DNA from: Eledone cirrhosa | Lineage: Eukaryota | NCBI GenBank assembly: GCA_964016885.1 | Contig: OZ024751.1 | Coordinates: forward strand, 47,988,001-48,052,000 | Direction: 5' to 3' | Length of the DNA: 64,000 bases | Shown here: one piece after another, positions 50,600-64,000 of the stretch | Layout: the number at the start of each line of letters is the position of its first letter | Position numbering within the stretch: the stretch's first letter is position 1 | Translations under genes and position numbers: made by a program | Notes under the pieces: model-generated | Told to the model about the DNA's origin: nothing | Database searches by the model: none | Seen by the model: only the letters and a program-made list of their open reading frames with translations

Positions 50600-52170
50600 A
50601 ACAACACTACCACCATTAACACCACAACAACACTACCACCATCAACACCACAACAACACTACCACCATCAACACCACAACACTACCACCATTAACATCAC
50701 AACAACACTACCACCATCAACACCACAACAACACTACCACCATCAACACCACAACAACACTACCACCATCAACATCACAACAACACTACCACCATCAACA
50801 CCACAACAACACTACCACCATCAACACCACAACAACACTACCACCATCAACATCACAACAACACTACCACCATCAACACCACAACAACACTACCACCATC
50901 AACACCACAACAACACTACCACCATCAACACCACACTACCACCATCAACATCACAACAACACTACCACCATCAACACCACAACAACACTACCACCATCAA
51001 CATCACAACAACACTACCACCATTAACATCACAACACTACCACCATCAACACCACGACAACACTACCACCATCAACACCACGACAACACTACCACCATCA
51101 ACACCACGACAACACTACCACCATCAACACCACAACAACACTACCACCATCAACACCACGACAACACTACCACCATCAACACCACAACAACACTACCACC
51201 ATCAACATCACAACAACACTACCACCATCAACATCACAACAACACTACCACCATCAACACCACAACAACACTACCACCATCAATACCACAACAACACTAC
51301 CACCATCAACATCACAACAACACTACCACCATCAACATCACAACAACACTACCACCATTAACACCACAACAACACTACCACCATCAACATCACAACAACA
51401 CTACCACCATCAACATCACAACAACACTACCACCATCAACACCACAACAACACTACCACCATCAATACCACAACAACACTACCACCATCAACATCACAAC
51501 AACACTACCACCATCAACATCACAACAACACTACCACCATTAACACCTCAACAACACTACCACCATCAACATCACAACAACACTACCACCATCAACATCA
51601 CAACACTACCACCATCAACACCACAACAACACTACCACCATCAACATCACAACAACACTACCACCATCAACACCACGACAACACTACCACCATCAACACC
51701 ACGACAACACTACCACCATCAACACCACAACAACACTACCACCATCAACATCACAACAACACTACCACCATCAACATCACAACAACACTACCACCATCAA
51801 CATCACAACACTACCAGCATCAACACCACAACACTACCAGCATCAACACCACAACACTACCACCATCAACACCACCACCACCACAACAACACTACCACCA
51901 TCAACATCACACCACACCACCACCATCAACACCACAACACTACCACCATCAACACCACCATCAACATCACACCACCACCATCACCACCACCACCATCACA
52001 CCATCAACATCACACCACCAACACCACCATCAACACTACCACCAACATCACCACCACCACCACCACAACCACCAACACCACAACAACACTACCATCAACA
52101 CCACAACAACACTACCACCACCACACCACCACCACCACCATCACACCACCACCACCACCACCACCAACAA
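50600..52170. repeat. ~26-bp CA-rich minisatellite
   Basis: Unit CAACACCACAACAACACTACCACCAT. Confidence 0.9.
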
Positions 52171-52401
52171 CCAATGAGGAACCTTCAACATGCAGGTTAA
52201 AACATGTCACTTCCTGGTCAAAAGACATTTCTTCAACTTCTATAACTTTCACAAGTTGTTCAGAGAATCGTGTCTTATCTTATGACATCAAGAGTCACCA
52301 TGCACGTAAAACTGCAGCCACGGAGCATGGTGTCCGACACTCTACTGATTCTGCCAATCCAATAATAATTGTTTCTGATTCAGGCACAAGGCCAGCAACT
52401 T

Positions 52402-52432
<31 letters not shown>

Positions 52433-52929
52433 TTCGATTTAATCGACCTCAGTGCATTACTGGTGCTTTATTTCATCGACCCTGGAAGGAGGAAAAGGCA
52501 AAGCTAACCTCAGCAGGATTCGAACTCAATACATAAGGGGCCATAAATTTATGCTTGCAAAGCATGGCGTCTGGCGCTCTACCGATACTGTCACCAATGG
52601 TGGTGACAATGGTGATAAAGGAGAGGAAGATGGTTAGACAATGTTGATTGTTAGATGATGAGAAATGATGACAATGGTGAATGAAGACAATGATAATGAT
52701 GCTATGATGATGATGATAGTGCCTTTATGGTGATGATGATAATGATGAATGGCTTCATAGATTTAAAATAAAAATAAAAAAAAAATAAAAAAAGAAATAA
52801 AAATTCTTAGATGAAATTAATTAAAATATTAACCATGTTACATACACACATATGTAGACATATACACACATGTATATTCATAAACACACTCACATTCATG
52901 TATATACATATATACACATTATTCCTTCA

Positions 52930-53019
<90 letters not shown>

Positions 53020-53022
<3 letters not shown>

Positions 53023-53978
53023 CGTTTCTGAATTTGTTAAGCAAGATTCTTTATCTGAAACCGTGTGTTGAAACCGATATTGTTATACTTTGGGAGGGTC
53101 ATGTTGCCAATAAGAAACACACGCACCAGTTGCTTTCACTTCAATTTAATTTAATTTATTATATATTTATAAATTTACAAATTTATAAATTTCTGGTTGG
53201 TTGGTTGGTTCCACAACCAGATAGTTGTTTATATATATATAGTCATAGTTCTTTCGTCACACACTCTGTGACCTCTTCAGTGACTGGGGATTTCTTTCTT
53301 CGTTTCTGTGCCTTTCCTTTCTTCTATCCTACGCCATTTTGTTTGTGTGTGGGTTGCGTGCTCAGTTTGCGCATGCGCCACATCCGGGTGTCTGTGTGTG
53401 TTTGTGTTCATTTTTCTATTTATATTTTTCTATTTGTTTGTTTATTTATTTATTTATTGTTGGTTGGTTGTTTGTTCTATGTGTGTGTGTGTTTTCATTT
53501 TGTCTTGTGTGTGTTTTCATTTTGTGTGTGTTTTCAATTGTAAGTTGTTTGTTCTATGTGTGTGTGTGTTTTCATTTTGTCCTTAATTGTAAGTTGTGAT
53601 GTTGCTGTTCCACTCATATTTTCTATTTAATTTTGGTTTTAATTCTTTTATGCTTACTGCCTCTGTAATTTGCCTAAACATTGCGTCTTTCTTGTGTGTG
53701 GATTCTATTTTTATTTCTATGCTCTCTAATTTACCCCTGTGTTCTATCTTAGCATGTTGGTAGAGCACAGATGATTCTTTATTATCTTGGAGGTCTCGCC
53801 AGTGTTCATTTATTCGTTCCCCTATACTACGAGCTGTCTCACCTATGTACATTATATTTTTGTTTCTACATTGTCCTTTAGTACATCTTATGCTATATAC
53901 TACATTTCTAGTTTTACAGTTAATATGGGGGCTTATTTTACAGGTTATACATTTCTTATCTATACATGAGGGTCTTTG

Positions 53979-53980
<2 letters not shown>
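53020..53980 (-). mobile_element. 5'-truncated second copy of the PLE (GIY-YIG + pseudo-LTR, hammerhead at 53241-53285)
   Basis: Near-identical to 29779-30735; (TA)n on both sides. Confidence 0.95.
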
Positions 53981-54019
<39 letters not shown>

Positions 54020-54100
54020 TTAAGAAAAAATAGAATAATAATAATAAATATTTTCAACAAGAACGAAAAAAAATGAAATATAAGTTTATTATTATTATTA

Positions 54101-54161
<61 letters not shown>

Positions 54162-54987
54162 GAGAGAAAAAAAATAAGAATTTTATTTTTCGATAAAAAA
54201 AAAAATAAAAAATAGATATCAAAAATATATTTTTTTAATTTAATTCAATTTATGATAAAAGAAAGGAAAGAGTTGAGAAGCTAATTTACATATCGGAGAA
54301 TGCCGAAGAAGGAATAATTTTATGGTAGTTTCAAAATTAATCTGGAGAGTGGTGATGGTGGTTATGTTGGTGGTGGTGGTGGTGGTGGTGGTGGTGGTGG
54401 TGGTTGTGGTGGTTGTGATGGTGATGGTGTTGGTGGTGGTGTTGGTGGTGGTGGTGGTGATGGTGGAGGAGGTGGTTATGTTGTTGGTGGTGATGGTGAT
54501 GTGTTGGTGGTGATGGTGTTGGTGGTGGTGGAGGAGATGGTTATGTTGGTGGTTATGTTGTTGGTGGTGATGGTGTTGATGGTGGTGTTTGTGGAGGTGG
54601 TTATGTTGTTGGTGGTGTTGGTGGTGGTGTTTGTGGAGGTGGTTATGTTGTTGGCGGTTATGGTGTTGGTGGTGGTGTTTGTGGAGGTGGTTATGTTGTT
54701 GCTGGTGATGGTGTTGGTGGTGGTGTTTGTGGAGGTGGTGTTTGTGGATGTGGTTATGTTGTTGGTGGTGGTGGTGGTGTTTGTGGATGTGGTTATGTTG
54801 TTGGTGGTGGTGGTGTTTGTGGATGTGGTTATGTTGTTGGTTGTGATGGTGTTGGTGATGTGGTGATGGTGTTAGTGGAGGTGGAATGGACAACAGAGAT
54901 TCCTTGTCTGCAACTGTGGTGCCAGGTTTTCATGAAGAACAAGTCCAGGATTGAAGAGATGGTGCATAAATGCATAATAATAGACAC

Positions 54988-55113
<126 letters not shown>

Positions 55114-55591
55114 ATGAATGAGTTTCTGTTTTTGTATATGTGTGTGTGAATGTGTGCATGTGTTTCTGTGTGTGTGTGTGTGTGTGTGAATATGAATGTG
55201 TGCATGTTTCTATGAGAATGCGTGTTTGTGTTTGTTTGTGTATGTGTGAATGAGTGTGTGCGTGTATGTGTGAATATGAATGAGTGTGTGTGTATGTGTG
55301 TGTGTATGAGTGTGCACATGTGTTTCTGTTGATACGTGTTTGTGTCTATGTAGATGTTGGACACAGGCGTAGGTGAGTGGTTAAGAAGTTTGCATTGCAA
55401 TCATGATTTCTCCAGGATCAATCCCACTGCATGGCACTCTTGGGCAAGTATCTTTTACCATAGTCCCTGGTTGACAAAAACCCTGTGAGTTAAATTGGAT
55501 AGAAAGGTGAGGGGGCTGTCACTTATCTACCATAGTGATGTGTATATGTGTATATATAAAAAGAGCTACCATTGTGATATATATATATATA

Positions 55592-55870
55592 TAGTTATGT
55601 AATAAACAACATAAGGCAATTATTCCATTTACCAGTGGTTTCTTAAAAGCAAAAATATTTGCTTTCAATCCTCAGAATGAAAAAATCCTGGTCTGTTTAT
55701 TGAACTTGGTTTTTTTCATTCTGAGGATTGAAAGCAAAATTTTTTGCTTTTAAGAAACCACTGGTAAATGGAATAATTGCCTTATGTTGTTTATTACATA
55801 ACTATTAAGATCTGTTACCTACATAGAGCACTCTTTTTTCCTGGACTTTTCCAACGGAATTACTTCATTT
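55592..55870. mobile_element. Fold-back element with putative hammerhead 3' halves
   Basis: Arms ~55592-55685 and ~55710-55805; GAAA-GCAAAA TT TTTTGC-TT on the right arm; (TA)n flanks. Confidence 0.6.
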
Positions 55871-55963
55871 ATATATATATATATATAGAAGAGTACCTTA
55901 CTTACTGTGGTTACCTCCGATTCAACCCGGAATAACGTATATATATATATATATATGTATATA

Positions 55964-56357
55964 TCTATATATATAAACTTGTAGTTCCGGTCTGTCTGTT
56001 TGTTTGTTCATGAACTCCTATGGTTTTGGAGATAGACCCCCCCCCCCCATAACCATATATATTCTGAAACTACATTGCCCAGGGTAGTTGGATAAGTATA
56101 TTTTACTTTAATCAAAGGGTTCCCCCGGGGTACACAAACCCCCGCTGAAAATTTTTCCCTTTGATTTATATGAAATTTAAACCATAGGTAAATGACAAGA
56201 TATGATGCCTATTCACAAAATTTCAGCAAATTTCAATAATATTAAGACACCCTAATGGAGTTTTTCTCCATAAATTATATCACTGATTTAAAATCAATCA
56301 TCATTTTCTTACAAAAGAAATGTGTGAAACACAGCAAGGCGCAGGTAATTCGGCTAG
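55964..56357 (+). mobile_element. Non-autonomous Helitron-like element
   Basis: A|TCTATATATATAAA start, (GTCT)n near the 5' end, CTAG|T end; similar 3' end near 44905-44937. Confidence 0.55.
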
Positions 56358-56474
56358 TTTGTATATAAAAGGAGCTACCACTGTGATATATATATATATA
56401 TATATATATCATCATCATCGTTTAACGTCCATTTTCCACGCTAGCATGGGTTAGACGGGAAATTATATATTTAC

Positions 56475-59074
56475 ATCATCATCATCATCATCAGGTTTAG
56501 CGTCCGTGTTCCACGCTTGCATGGGTTTGGACGGGGGTTTTCCCACTTGAGGCAAGAGTGGTTGTCTTGCTCGCATAGGACTGTCTGGCGGGTTTTCTAC
56601 AGTTGGATGCCCTTCCTAACACCAACCACATTTACAGTGTGGGGCTGGGAGGTTTTTACCGTGTTGCCTACACGGCCACATTACAGCGTGGACTGTCTGG
56701 CGGGTTTTCTACAGCTGGATGCCCTTCCTAACACCAACCACATTTACAGTGTGGGGCTGGGAGGTTTTTACCGTGTTGCCTACACGGCCACATTTACAGC
56801 GTGGACTGTGTGTTTTTTGTCGTGACACCTACACGATCTCATTTGTTTCGGCCTGGATGTTGTGGGACCAACATAACTTTACATTGAAAGGGGCGGTGTG
56901 GGTGGGGTGGAGGTGGTGGGACGGGGGTGTGTTTTGATAGAGGTGCCTACTGACTGTAGTAGGTTTTTACTTTGTATTTAGGTAAGGCGGGTCTTCTCTA
57001 TTACTGAGTACCGCCAAAGGTCTCGGTCCAGTGACATTGTCTTGGAGAGGTGTAAGCGTGTGAGGTCGGAATTTATCAGCTCGTCCCATGTTTTTCTGGG
57101 TCTGCCTACTCCGTGGCTACCGTCTATCTTTATTGCCCTGCACTTTGTTATACAGCTGTCGTCTTTCATGCGCATCACGTGACCGTACCAACGTAGCCTT
57201 CTCTCGAGTAAACAACATCTGATCCCTCTTATTTCTAATTTTTTCCTTAGTTCGTTTATGCTTTGCCGTTCACGTATATTACTATTGCACATCCAGCGGA
57301 GCATGCAAGCTTCGTTCCTCTCTAGTCTGCGTATATCCTCTGCACACAATGCCCAGGTCTCACTGCCATGCAGCATTGCTGTTCGTATGCAGGCATCGTA
57401 TAACCTGCCTTTCATGTTTAGGGAGAACCCTCTAGCGGCTAAGTGGTATAAGCTCTCTGAACTTTTTCCATCCAGTTCTGACTCTAGCTACTGTACTTTC
57501 AGAGCACCCTCCCCCACTGCTGATTTTGTCACCCAGATAACGGAAGCTGTCCACTATTTCTATAGAACCCTCTGCGCAGTTGAAGGAGCTAGTATTTTGT
57601 GGGCACTTGCTGCTACTTATTGCACCAGAGCACCGGCCACATGTAAAATCTATGTTCTTAGTTAGCTTACCTGTGATCCCACTACATCTTTTATGCACCC
57701 ATACTTTGCATTTGGGACATAAAATGGAGTTTCTACCTACGCCTTTCCTACACACTGAGCATGGCCATTTCCCCGATGGGACCGCCGCCTTATTTTCTTT
57801 CCTACAAACTAGAACTTTAGTCTTAGCCAGGTTAATTTTAAGGCCTTTTGATTCTAGGCCGTGCTTCCACGTTTGGAATTTCTTCTCTAGTTCGGTCATT
57901 GATTCAGCTATGAGCGTTAGATCATCTGCGTATAGGAGTTCCCATGGGCAGCCGGTCTTGAACTCCTCTGTTATAGCCTGAAGGGCAATAATAAATAGTA
58001 GGGGGCTAAGTACAGAGCCCTGATGGACACCAACTTTTACGCTAAACTCTTCACTATATTCGTTGTTAATTCTAACCTTACTGACTGTTTCTTTATACAT
58101 GGCTTGTATAGCTCTCACAAGCCATTCGTCAACACCTAGTTTTCTAAGAGACCACCAGATAATGGAACGGGGGACTCTGTCGAAGGCTTTCTCCAAGTCG
58201 ACAAAAGCTAAGTATAGGGGTTTACTTTTAGCTAGGTACTTCTCCTGTAGTTGTCGTACAATGAAAAGAGCGTCTGTGGTACTTTTGCCTGACACAAACC
58301 CGAACTGCATTTCATCTAGATCAATTCTCTCTCTGATTAGTTGCGCTATTACTTTTTCCGTGACCTTCATGACCTGGTCGATTAATTTAATGCCTCTATA
58401 GTTACTCCTATCTAGGGCATCTCCTTTTCCCTTATAGCAGTTAACGATGATGCTGCTACGCCATTCCTTCGGAACAACCCCATTCTGTACGACTTGGTTA
58501 ACTATCCGGGTGACCATGGTGTGTCCCACCGAACCAGATGCCTTCAGCATCTCAGCAACTATTTCCGAAGGCCCAGCCGCCTTACCCGTCTTCATATCTT
58601 TGATTGCCTTACTTATTATACTACCTTCAACTAACACTGCTGGTCCCTCTATTGGATCGATCTGGGGGAGACTGTCTTTCTCCCATTTGTTCTCCTCATT
58701 TAGAAGCCTTTCGTAGTGACACTTCCAAGCTACCTTCTTATCAACGTCGGTGATGGCAAGTATGCCATCATCGTTAAGTACACACTTCTCCCCGACAATA
58801 TCACGGTTTTCCTTGACACATTGCCTGGCAATCCTGAACACCTCACGTTTTTGGTCCTCACGTTGTAGAACATGCTTGAACTTTCTTTCCTCTGCTTCCC
58901 TTCTTGCGAAGTACACTTGTCTCCTAGCTTCCCTCCTGGCCACTTGATAGTCTTCTCTACTTCCCCCATCCCGCCATACTTTCCAAGCCTGCTTTTTGGC
59001 CTTAATTGACTCCTCCACCTTACTGTTCCACCACCATGTTACTCTCCTCCTACCTACAGGCCTGCTCCAGCCAC

Positions 59075-59076
<2 letters not shown>
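56475..59076 (-). mobile_element. RTE-clade LINE, 5'-truncated, one frameshift
   Basis: RT ORF 57432-59018 + C-terminal ORF 56978-57415 + 3' UTR with (GAT)n tail; (TA)n at the 5' junction. Confidence 0.95.
56978..59076 (-). pseudogene. RTE reverse transcriptase with PHD-like Cys/His insert
   Basis: Motifs NYRGIKL, QFGF, FVDLEKAFDRV, GVHQGSVLSPLLF, LLYADD, FRYLG, RRLRWYGHV; frameshift near 57440. Confidence 0.9.
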
Positions 59077-59125
<49 letters not shown>

Positions 59126-59131
<6 letters not shown>

Positions 59132-59810
59132 TACTTGGGGAGGGTCATATTTGTGTAATATTGCCAGAATTAATAACAGAACACACGGTAATCTAATTTA
59201 TTCGGTCCTCAATGTTGCTATTGACTGACCAACGGTCAAAAATACAGATACAATATAGACACAAACACATATATATAGTTTATCAAAGTTCTTTTGATGC
59301 ACATCTGCAACATCGTCAGTGGTGCTATTGTTTCCTCCCGTTGCATTGTATTTTCTACGTCATCTTTATATAGACTGTTTATATATTTGTTTATTTTTTT
59401 TTGTCTTCTTTGCGCATGCGTTAGCGTGTGTGTATAGTGTTTTGTTTGATGTGTGTTCGTGATTGGGTGACTGTGTATTGGTTAATGTATTCTATCTTTA
59501 CTAGTGTGTGTTTATATGTGTTTGTTGTTATTGTGCTTGTGTATGTATTTATTTATTTATCTATTTATTTATTTATTTATTTATTTATACTTCTCTTAGG
59601 TCAGTGTTGTTTGTTTGGGTGTTGTTATTCCATTCATTTTTTCTGTTTAGCCTTGGCCTTCTAAGTTCTATTTCACTGGCCTCTCTGATTTGTCTATCTG
59701 CTGGGTCATTTCTATGTTTAGATATTATTCTAATTTCTATGTTGTCTATGTTACCGTTGTGTTGTTGTCTGGCATGTTCGTACAGTACTGAAAACTATAA
59801 TTCCGTTATA
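59126..59810 (-). mobile_element. 3' fragment of a second PLE subfamily
   Basis: Minus strand SVLYEHARQQHNGNIDNIEIRIISKHRNDPADRQIREASEIELRRPRLNRKNEWNNN (homologous to the PLE C-terminus); degenerate hammerhead CTGACGA...AAAAGAAC; ends in ATGACCCTCCCCAAGTATAAC. Confidence 0.85.
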
Positions 59811-60090
59811 TATATATATAAAAGGAGCTACCACTGTGATGTGTGTATATGTATATATCAGGAGCTGCTGCTGTGATATATCGACAGTCGATCGACTTTC
59901 ATCAAATCGGACCGAGGAAACAATGCTTCCAATTGCTAATACTATCTATCGGTCGCAACTCCAGGTAGAAGGAGCAACGTGAAATAAAGTGTCTTGCTCA
60001 AGGACATAATGCATCGCCTGGTCCAGGAATCGAACTCACAACCTCAAGATTCTGAATCCAATTCTCTAACCACTCAGCCACACACTTCCA

Positions 60091-60147
<57 letters not shown>

Positions 60148-60233
60148 GTTTACATATATATATATATATAATTATGCTAATTGGGAGAGGAAACGGTATA
60201 TATTTTATCTGGTGATTCTATAGACATGTTTTA

Positions 60234-60279
<46 letters not shown>

Positions 60280-60283
<4 letters not shown>

Positions 60284-60715
60284 GTTTCAATATGTGTAAT
60301 AAGGCCAAAACAATGCAGGTATGGACATAGAAAAAAGAATGCAATAGTAAAAGATATTGTTGAGAATTTGTCTTTCACCTTGAATTTATTTAAATGTCCT
60401 TAATTTTCGAGATAATATCTCTTCTTCGGAGGGAAGTAAAGGTCTCAAACCAGCGTCTTAAATCTCTAGCCAAGCCATGCTTGGCTAGAGATTTAAGACG
60501 CTGGTTTGAGACCTTTACTTCCCTCCGAAGAAGAGATATTATCTCGAAAATTAAGGACATTTAAATAAATTCAAGGTGAAAGACAAATTCTCAACAATAT
60601 CTTTTACTATTGCATTCTTTTTTCTATGTCCATACCTGCATTGTTTTGGCCTTATTACACATATTCAAACGCTTATACCTCATTACACAATGCTTCAAGT
60701 GAACTATAACCTCCT

Positions 60716-60718
<3 letters not shown>
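60280..60718. mobile_element. Near-perfect palindromic hammerhead element in (TA)n
   Basis: Arms ~60281-60475 and ~60479-60672. Confidence 0.85.
60520..60558 (+). ncRNA. Minimal hammerhead (CCGAAGA variant; mirror copy ~60397-60434)
   Basis: TCCCT-CCGAAGA-A-GAGAT ATT ATCTC-GAAA-AT-TA-AGGA. Confidence 0.6.
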
Positions 60719-60767
<49 letters not shown>

Positions 60768-60819
60768 AGCTATCACTGTGATATATATATATATATATGT
60801 GTATGTATATATATATATA

Positions 60820-61555
60820 ATCATCATCATCATCATCGTTTAACGTCCATCTTCCACGCTTGCATGGGTTTGGACGGGAGGTTTCCCACTTGAGGCAAGA
60901 TTTGTTGTCCTGCTCGTATAGGACTGTCTGGCGGGTTTTCTACAGCTGGATGCCCTTCCTAACACCAACCACGTTTACAGTGTGTACTGGGAGGTTTTTA
61001 CCGTGTTACCTACACGGCCACATTACAGCGTGGACTGTGTTTTTTTGTTGTGACATCTACACGACCTCATTTGTTTCGGACTGGATGTTGTGGTACCAAC
61101 ATAACTTCACATTTAAGGGGGTGGTGTGGATGGGGTGGGGGTAGGGGACGGGGGGGGGGGGGTATTTTGTTAGAGGTGCCTACTGACTGTAGGTTTCGCT
61201 TTGTACTTAGGCAAGGCGGGTCTTCTGTATGACTGTGTAGCGCCAAAGATCTCGGTCCAGTGAAATTGTCTTGGAGAGGTGTAAGTGTGTGAGGTCGGAA
61301 TTTATCAAGTCATCCCAGGTTTTTCTGGGTCTGCCTATTCCGTGGCTACCGTCTATTTTTATCGCCCTGCACTTTTTTATACAGCTGTCGTCTTTCATGC
61401 GCATCACGTGACCGTACCAACGTAGTCTTCTCTCGAGTAAACAACATATAATCCCTCTTATTCCTAATTTCTCCCTTAGTTCGTTAATGCTTTGCCGTTC
61501 ACGTATATTACTATTACACATCCAGCGGAGCATGCAAGCTTCGTTTCTCTCCAAT
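60820..61555 (-). mobile_element. RTE LINE 5'-truncated copy (sister subfamily)
   Basis: LERNEACMLRWMC...RRLRWYGHVMRM...; 3' UTR lacks the internal duplication seen at 56475. Confidence 0.9.
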
Positions 61556-61650
61556 ATATATATATATATATAAGGAGCTACCACTGTGATATATATATAT
61601 ATGTGTATATATATATATATATATATAAGGAACTACCACTGTGATATATA

Positions 61651-61703
<53 letters not shown>

Positions 61704-61990
61704 AGCTACCACTGTGATATATATATATATATATAAAGAGCTACCACTGTGATATATATATGTGTATATAAATGGATCTCTCACTTATTTACCACTGGGA
61801 CTTATGTTATATACGTGTATATGTAGGGTGTATAAAAGGTCTGTAACATAACTACTATTGTAACTTATATACATTTATATATGGTATATAAATATATACA
61901 TATATGTATATAAATATATACATATTTGAAACTTACATCTTCTATAAATATAATCATGGCCTCAGCCGGATGGCTGGAACAGGTAAAAGA

Positions 61991-62030
<40 letters not shown>

Positions 62031-62179
62031 TTGAAACTTACACCATATATAAATATATATATATATATAAATTAATAAAAACAATGAAATAAAAACAAAG
62101 AACAAATTCCTTATATTAAAAAATTCACCATTTTATATATATATATTTATATATATATATTTATTTATATATATATATT

Positions 62180-62632
62180 TATTGTTATACTTGGGGAGGG
62201 TCATATTGTTGTAATAAGATTGCCAGAAATAATAACAGAACACACTCACTGTTTGGTTGGTTTTCGCTTCTGTATCTTTTATATCTCCACAGTTAATTCA
62301 TTTGGTCCTCAATGTTTATCATTGACTGACAAACGGTCAATAATACAGATATAATATAGATATAAACACATATATATAGTCTAAGAAAGTTCTTTCGTTT
62401 CACATCTGCAACATCATCTGTGGTACTATTATCTTCCTCCTGTTGTATTGTATGTCTACGCCATTTTTCAAAAGAAAAAGATACAGAAGCGAAAACCAAC
62501 CCAAACCAAACAGTGAGTGTGTTCTGTTATTTCTGGCAATATTACAACAATATGACCCTCCCCAAGTATAACAATATTTGTTTCGACATACAATTTCATA
62601 TCAAAAACCTCGCAAAACGAATTCATCACCAT
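62180..62632. mobile_element. Fold-back fragment of the second PLE subfamily pseudo-LTR
   Basis: Arms ~62181-62278 and ~62475-62575; homologous to 59126-59370; degenerate hammerhead at ~62385-62428 (minus). Confidence 0.8.
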
Positions 62633-63061
62633 ATATATATATTTATATATGGTGTAAGTTGCAAATATATATAATATAATTTTTCCTGTCAGGGACCAAA
62701 TTAGACATAACTTTGCAGCAGCCACCCCACCACCTACTCTTTCCTCTCTGGGAGGAATGAAAAAGCATTTTGTGGACTTCTCTTTCTCTTCCATTCCACC
62801 ACACACACTTCCCTCCTCTGTCTCTTCTATTCCCCCCACACACCCAGTCCCCTGTCTCTGCCACACCCACACACCCAGTCCTCTGTCTCCTTCCTACACA
62901 CATTCATCTTCAGTTTATTAGAAACCACTTCAGCTTCACCATTCTTCCTTACCATTTCTTGTAACTGTATATCCTTCCATTTGTCAAGGCAGACACAGAA
63001 AGGCAAACATAGAAACAGAGAGGGGGGGTTAAGCGTGTGACAGTGAGTGAGAGGGGGTTGT

Positions 63062-63119
<58 letters not shown>

Positions 63120-63226
63120 GAGAGAAAGAGGGACAGACAGAGAGAGAGTGAGAGAGAGATAGAGAAAGAGAGAGAGAGAAAACGAGAGAGACAGACAGAG
63201 AGAAAGAGAGAGAGAGACAGACTGAC

Positions 63227-63316
<90 letters not shown>

Positions 63317-64000
63317 ATTTCCATTTAACATGCATACTTGTTACTCTAACTGTTGTGTGTCTGCTGTGGGATATATTAATATTTGATATTCAATATCTTA
63401 TTTCTGTTATTTATTAAACTCCAATCTATGTCAGTGGCTGTGAGAGATATTGTAGAGAAATATAGAGTTGAAGACATCAAACTGAGAAATTCTGCCTATT
63501 AAGAATATGCAGTGTTTGTTGTTCTGCCTTCCTAGGTTTTGAAATACTTCAAATACAGTTTGTAATACTGCTGGGGCACCAGTGGGAAGTTATGTGTGTT
63601 TGTCTGTGTTTGTGTATATTCTGCACGTACATATGTAGATGTGTTTGTATCTAACCTCCCTCCTATTAAAACATGTGACCATATTAAAATATGTGATTTC
63701 CCTCCCATTAAAATGTGTGACCTCCCTCTCATTAAAATGCATGACCTTATTAAAATCATCATCATCATTGTTTAACGTCCATCTTCCACGCTGGCATGGG
63801 TTATGTGACCTCCCTTCCATTAAAATGTATGATGCTCCTATTAACCCTATCATTACCATATTTCTAATAAAATACACTGTGTTTGAATTGATGTAGAACT
63901 AGAAAGGAACCTACCAAAATTATTATTCTATTGTTAAGACTGATTTGCAATACAACAAAAGGTTCTTATATAAAATTATGCTGGAAAATTTCCATTTAAA

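Overview
Eukaryotic, microsatellite-saturated DNA; the SINE/RTE/(TA)n landscape suggests a coleoid cephalopod, probably octopus (inference). The only host gene I can support is endophilin-A (N-BAR domain) on the minus strand: five small coding exons at 33596-33664, 15239-15311, 14689-14829, 13536-13669 and 3825-3891, plus a candidate 12-nt microexon. The first exon and the SH3-encoding exons are not seen and probably lie outside the window. The introns hold RTE LINEs, two tRNA-SINE families, piggyBac-like and hAT MITEs, Helitron-like fragments and minisatellites. The main hidden signal is a hammerhead-ribozyme retroelement system. A young Penelope-like element (RT + GIY-YIG) has ~1-kb inverted arms, each carrying a minimal hammerhead. 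About a dozen small, mutually dissimilar non-coding elements (0.2-0.9 kb) also carry type I hammerheads, sit inside (TA)n tracts and are mostly fold-back structures with both 3' ends pointing outwards. All motifs were read by eye and no folding or database search was run. Almost all ORFs in the supplied track are microsatellite artefacts.
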